NCBI GenBank assembly: GCA_964510585.1
Contig: CAZECW010000153.1
Span: forward strand, 1-7,951
DNA length: 7,951 nucleotides
From: an uncultured archaeon
GTDB taxonomy: Archaea; Asgardarchaeota; Jordiarchaeia; Jordiarchaeales; Jordiarchaeaceae
Direction: 5' to 3'
The stretch's first letter is position 1; every line of letters begins with the position of its first letter. The position numbers and the translations under genes are program-made. Below are positions 6,828 to 7,951 of this stretch, piece by piece. The notes beneath the pieces were generated by a model that saw only the letters and a list, made by a program, of their open reading frames with translations, was not told where the DNA came from and did no database searches.

Positions 6828-6925
6828 TAAAAAGACTCCTTTTACCAAAAAGGCTAAATTTCAATAGCCTCTCCACATCACCGTCAGAAGAGTGCTACAA
6901 GCAAAACCTATGCGGAGTGAACTAA

Positions 6926-7792
6926 TTGGCAGAACAAGAAAACCAAACCAATAAAGTAATAGAAGAAAAAATTAAACCAATGATAGAAAAAATGGCGCAA
7001 AAAAAGAAAGTCAAAGAAAAAATGGCCAATGTAAAACACAAAATCATAATTATGTCCGGAAAGGGGGGAGTTGGAAAAAGCATGGTAACAGCCAACCTAG
7101 CAACAGCCCTAGCAATGAAAGGCAGAAAAGTGGGGGTCTTGGACTCCGACATACACGGGCCCTCAATACCCAAAATACTGGGAATAAGGGGAGAAAAACC
7201 CAAAGCTACAGAAACCGGCATAAAACCAGTAACCACACCACAGGGAGTAAAAGTCATTTCCATGGATCTCTTAATGGGTGATAGTGAAATGCCGCTCATA
7301 TGGCGTGGACCACTAAAAATGAAGGCCATAAGGCAACTCTTATCAGAAGTAGACTGGGAAGAACTAGACTACCTCCTCGTGGATTTACCGCCAGGCACCG
7401 GAGACGAACCCCTAAACATAATTCAACTCATACCCGAAATGGATGGAGCAATAATAATCACCGCCCCCTCCGACCTCTCCCAATACGTGGTCAGAAAAGC
7501 AGTCTCAATGGCCCGAAAAATGAACATCCCCATACTGGGAATAATAGAAAACATGAGCGGCTTCTTATGCCCCAAATGTGGAGAAAAACACGAAATCCTA
7601 GGTGTCGGAGGAGGGAGAAAAATAAGCGAAGAAATGAATCTAACACTTCTGGGCCAAATCCCAATAGACCCAAAAATTACAGAAAACACTGATCGTGGAA
7701 CACCCTTCATAGTAAAATGCCCTGAGTCACAAACAGCCAAAATATTTAATGAAATTGTACAAAAAATCCAAAAGACAGTAGAGGAAAAATAA
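6926..7792 (+). CDS. mrp: Mrp/NBP35 (ApbC) family P-loop ATPase, iron-sulfur cluster carrier, 288 aa
   Basis: SGKGGVGKS deviant Walker A, DSDIHGPSIP, WRGP, DYLLVDLPPGTGDE, ENMSGFLCPKCG (CxxC). TTG start with GGAGTGA at 6914-6920. Confidence 0.96.
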   Translation: MAEQENQTNKVIEEKIKPMIEKMAQKKKVKEKMANVKHKIIIMSGKGGVGKSMVTANLATALAMKGRKVGVLDSDIHGPSIPKILGIRGEKPKATETGIKPVTTPQGVKVISMDLLMGDSEMPLIWRGPLKMKAIRQLLSEVDWEELDYLLVDLPPGTGDEPLNIIQLIPEMDGAIIITAPSDLSQYVVRKAVSMARKMNIPILGIIENMSGFLCPKCGEKHEILGVGGGRKISEEMNLTLLGQIPIDPKITENTDRGTPFIVKCPESQTAKIFNEIVQKIQKTVEEK

Positions 7793-7825
7793 AAAGCAAA
7801 CCAAAAACAAGCCCTAAAACCTGAA

Positions 7826-7951
7826 TCACCCTACTAGTTTCCTGTAATTTTCCTCGATTTCCCTCAAAAGCACTTTGCTCGAAACTTTACTCCCTGTTTT
7901 AAGAAAAGCTGCTATTGAGGCCCCACCTGCTCCCACCCCCTCCTTAACAAC
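7826..7951 (-). CDS. cobT: 3' end (partial) of an archaeal-type nicotinate-nucleotide:dimethylbenzimidazole phosphoribosyltransferase (CobT-like)
   Basis: The minus-strand frame is open from the window edge: VVKEGVGAGGASIAAFLKTGSKVSSKVLLREIEENYRKLVG, stop at 7826-7828. VKEGVGAGG is the conserved C-terminal motif of the archaeal/cyanobacterial CobT family. Only 41 codons are visible. Confidence 0.78.
   Translation of the reverse strand, partial: VVKEGVGAGGASIAAFLKTGSKVSSKVLLREIEENYRKLVG

Noticed and set aside
6838-6870. Overlapping short inverted repeats upstream of mrp (CCTTTT/AAAAGG; AGGCTA/TAGCCT)
   Set aside because: Only 6-bp arms, expected by chance; no shared consensus with the repeats upstream of the other Fe-S gene.
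6922-7740. ORFs overlapping mrp (6922-7329, 7300-7692, 7423-7740, 7491-7673)
   Set aside because: Shadow frames favoured by the scarcity of T at third positions in mrp; no independent evidence.
1-7951. CRISPR array or tandem DNA repeats
   Set aside because: No regularly spaced direct repeats seen; the only internal repeat is the protein-level HhH duplication in rpl13e.

Overview
Archaeal chromosomal window of about 40% GC. An eL13 (L13e) gene, a stand-alone Lrp/AsnC RAM domain, an archaeal-type CobT and GGAGG/GGAGTGA ribosome-binding sites point to a TACK- or Asgard-like host (inference). Left to right: (i) the right end of an IS200/IS605-family element (GAAT-hairpin-TCAA, IS608-like, probable TnpB omegaRNA region, 1-139), inserted antisense into (ii) a gamma-glutamyltransferase gene and truncating it just before its autocleavage site; (iii) a GlpC/HdrD-like 4Fe-4S + 2xCCG protein; (iv) ribosomal protein eL13 fused to two tandem helix-hairpin-helix (DUF4332/HHH_5-like) domains and a Lys-rich tail; (v) an 806-aa GH35 glycosidase on the GlmA scaffold with galactosidase-like residues at two specificity positions, divergent from (vi) a stand-alone Lrp/AsnC ligand-binding protein; (vii) a small two-TM protein; (viii) an Mrp/NBP35 Fe-S carrier ATPase; (ix) the 3' end of an archaeal cobT-like gene that the ORF track missed. 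The most notable items are the eL13-2xHhH fusion, the IS end/omegaRNA with its GGT truncation, and the GlmA-like enzyme. All family assignments come from motif recognition by eye; no searches were run.
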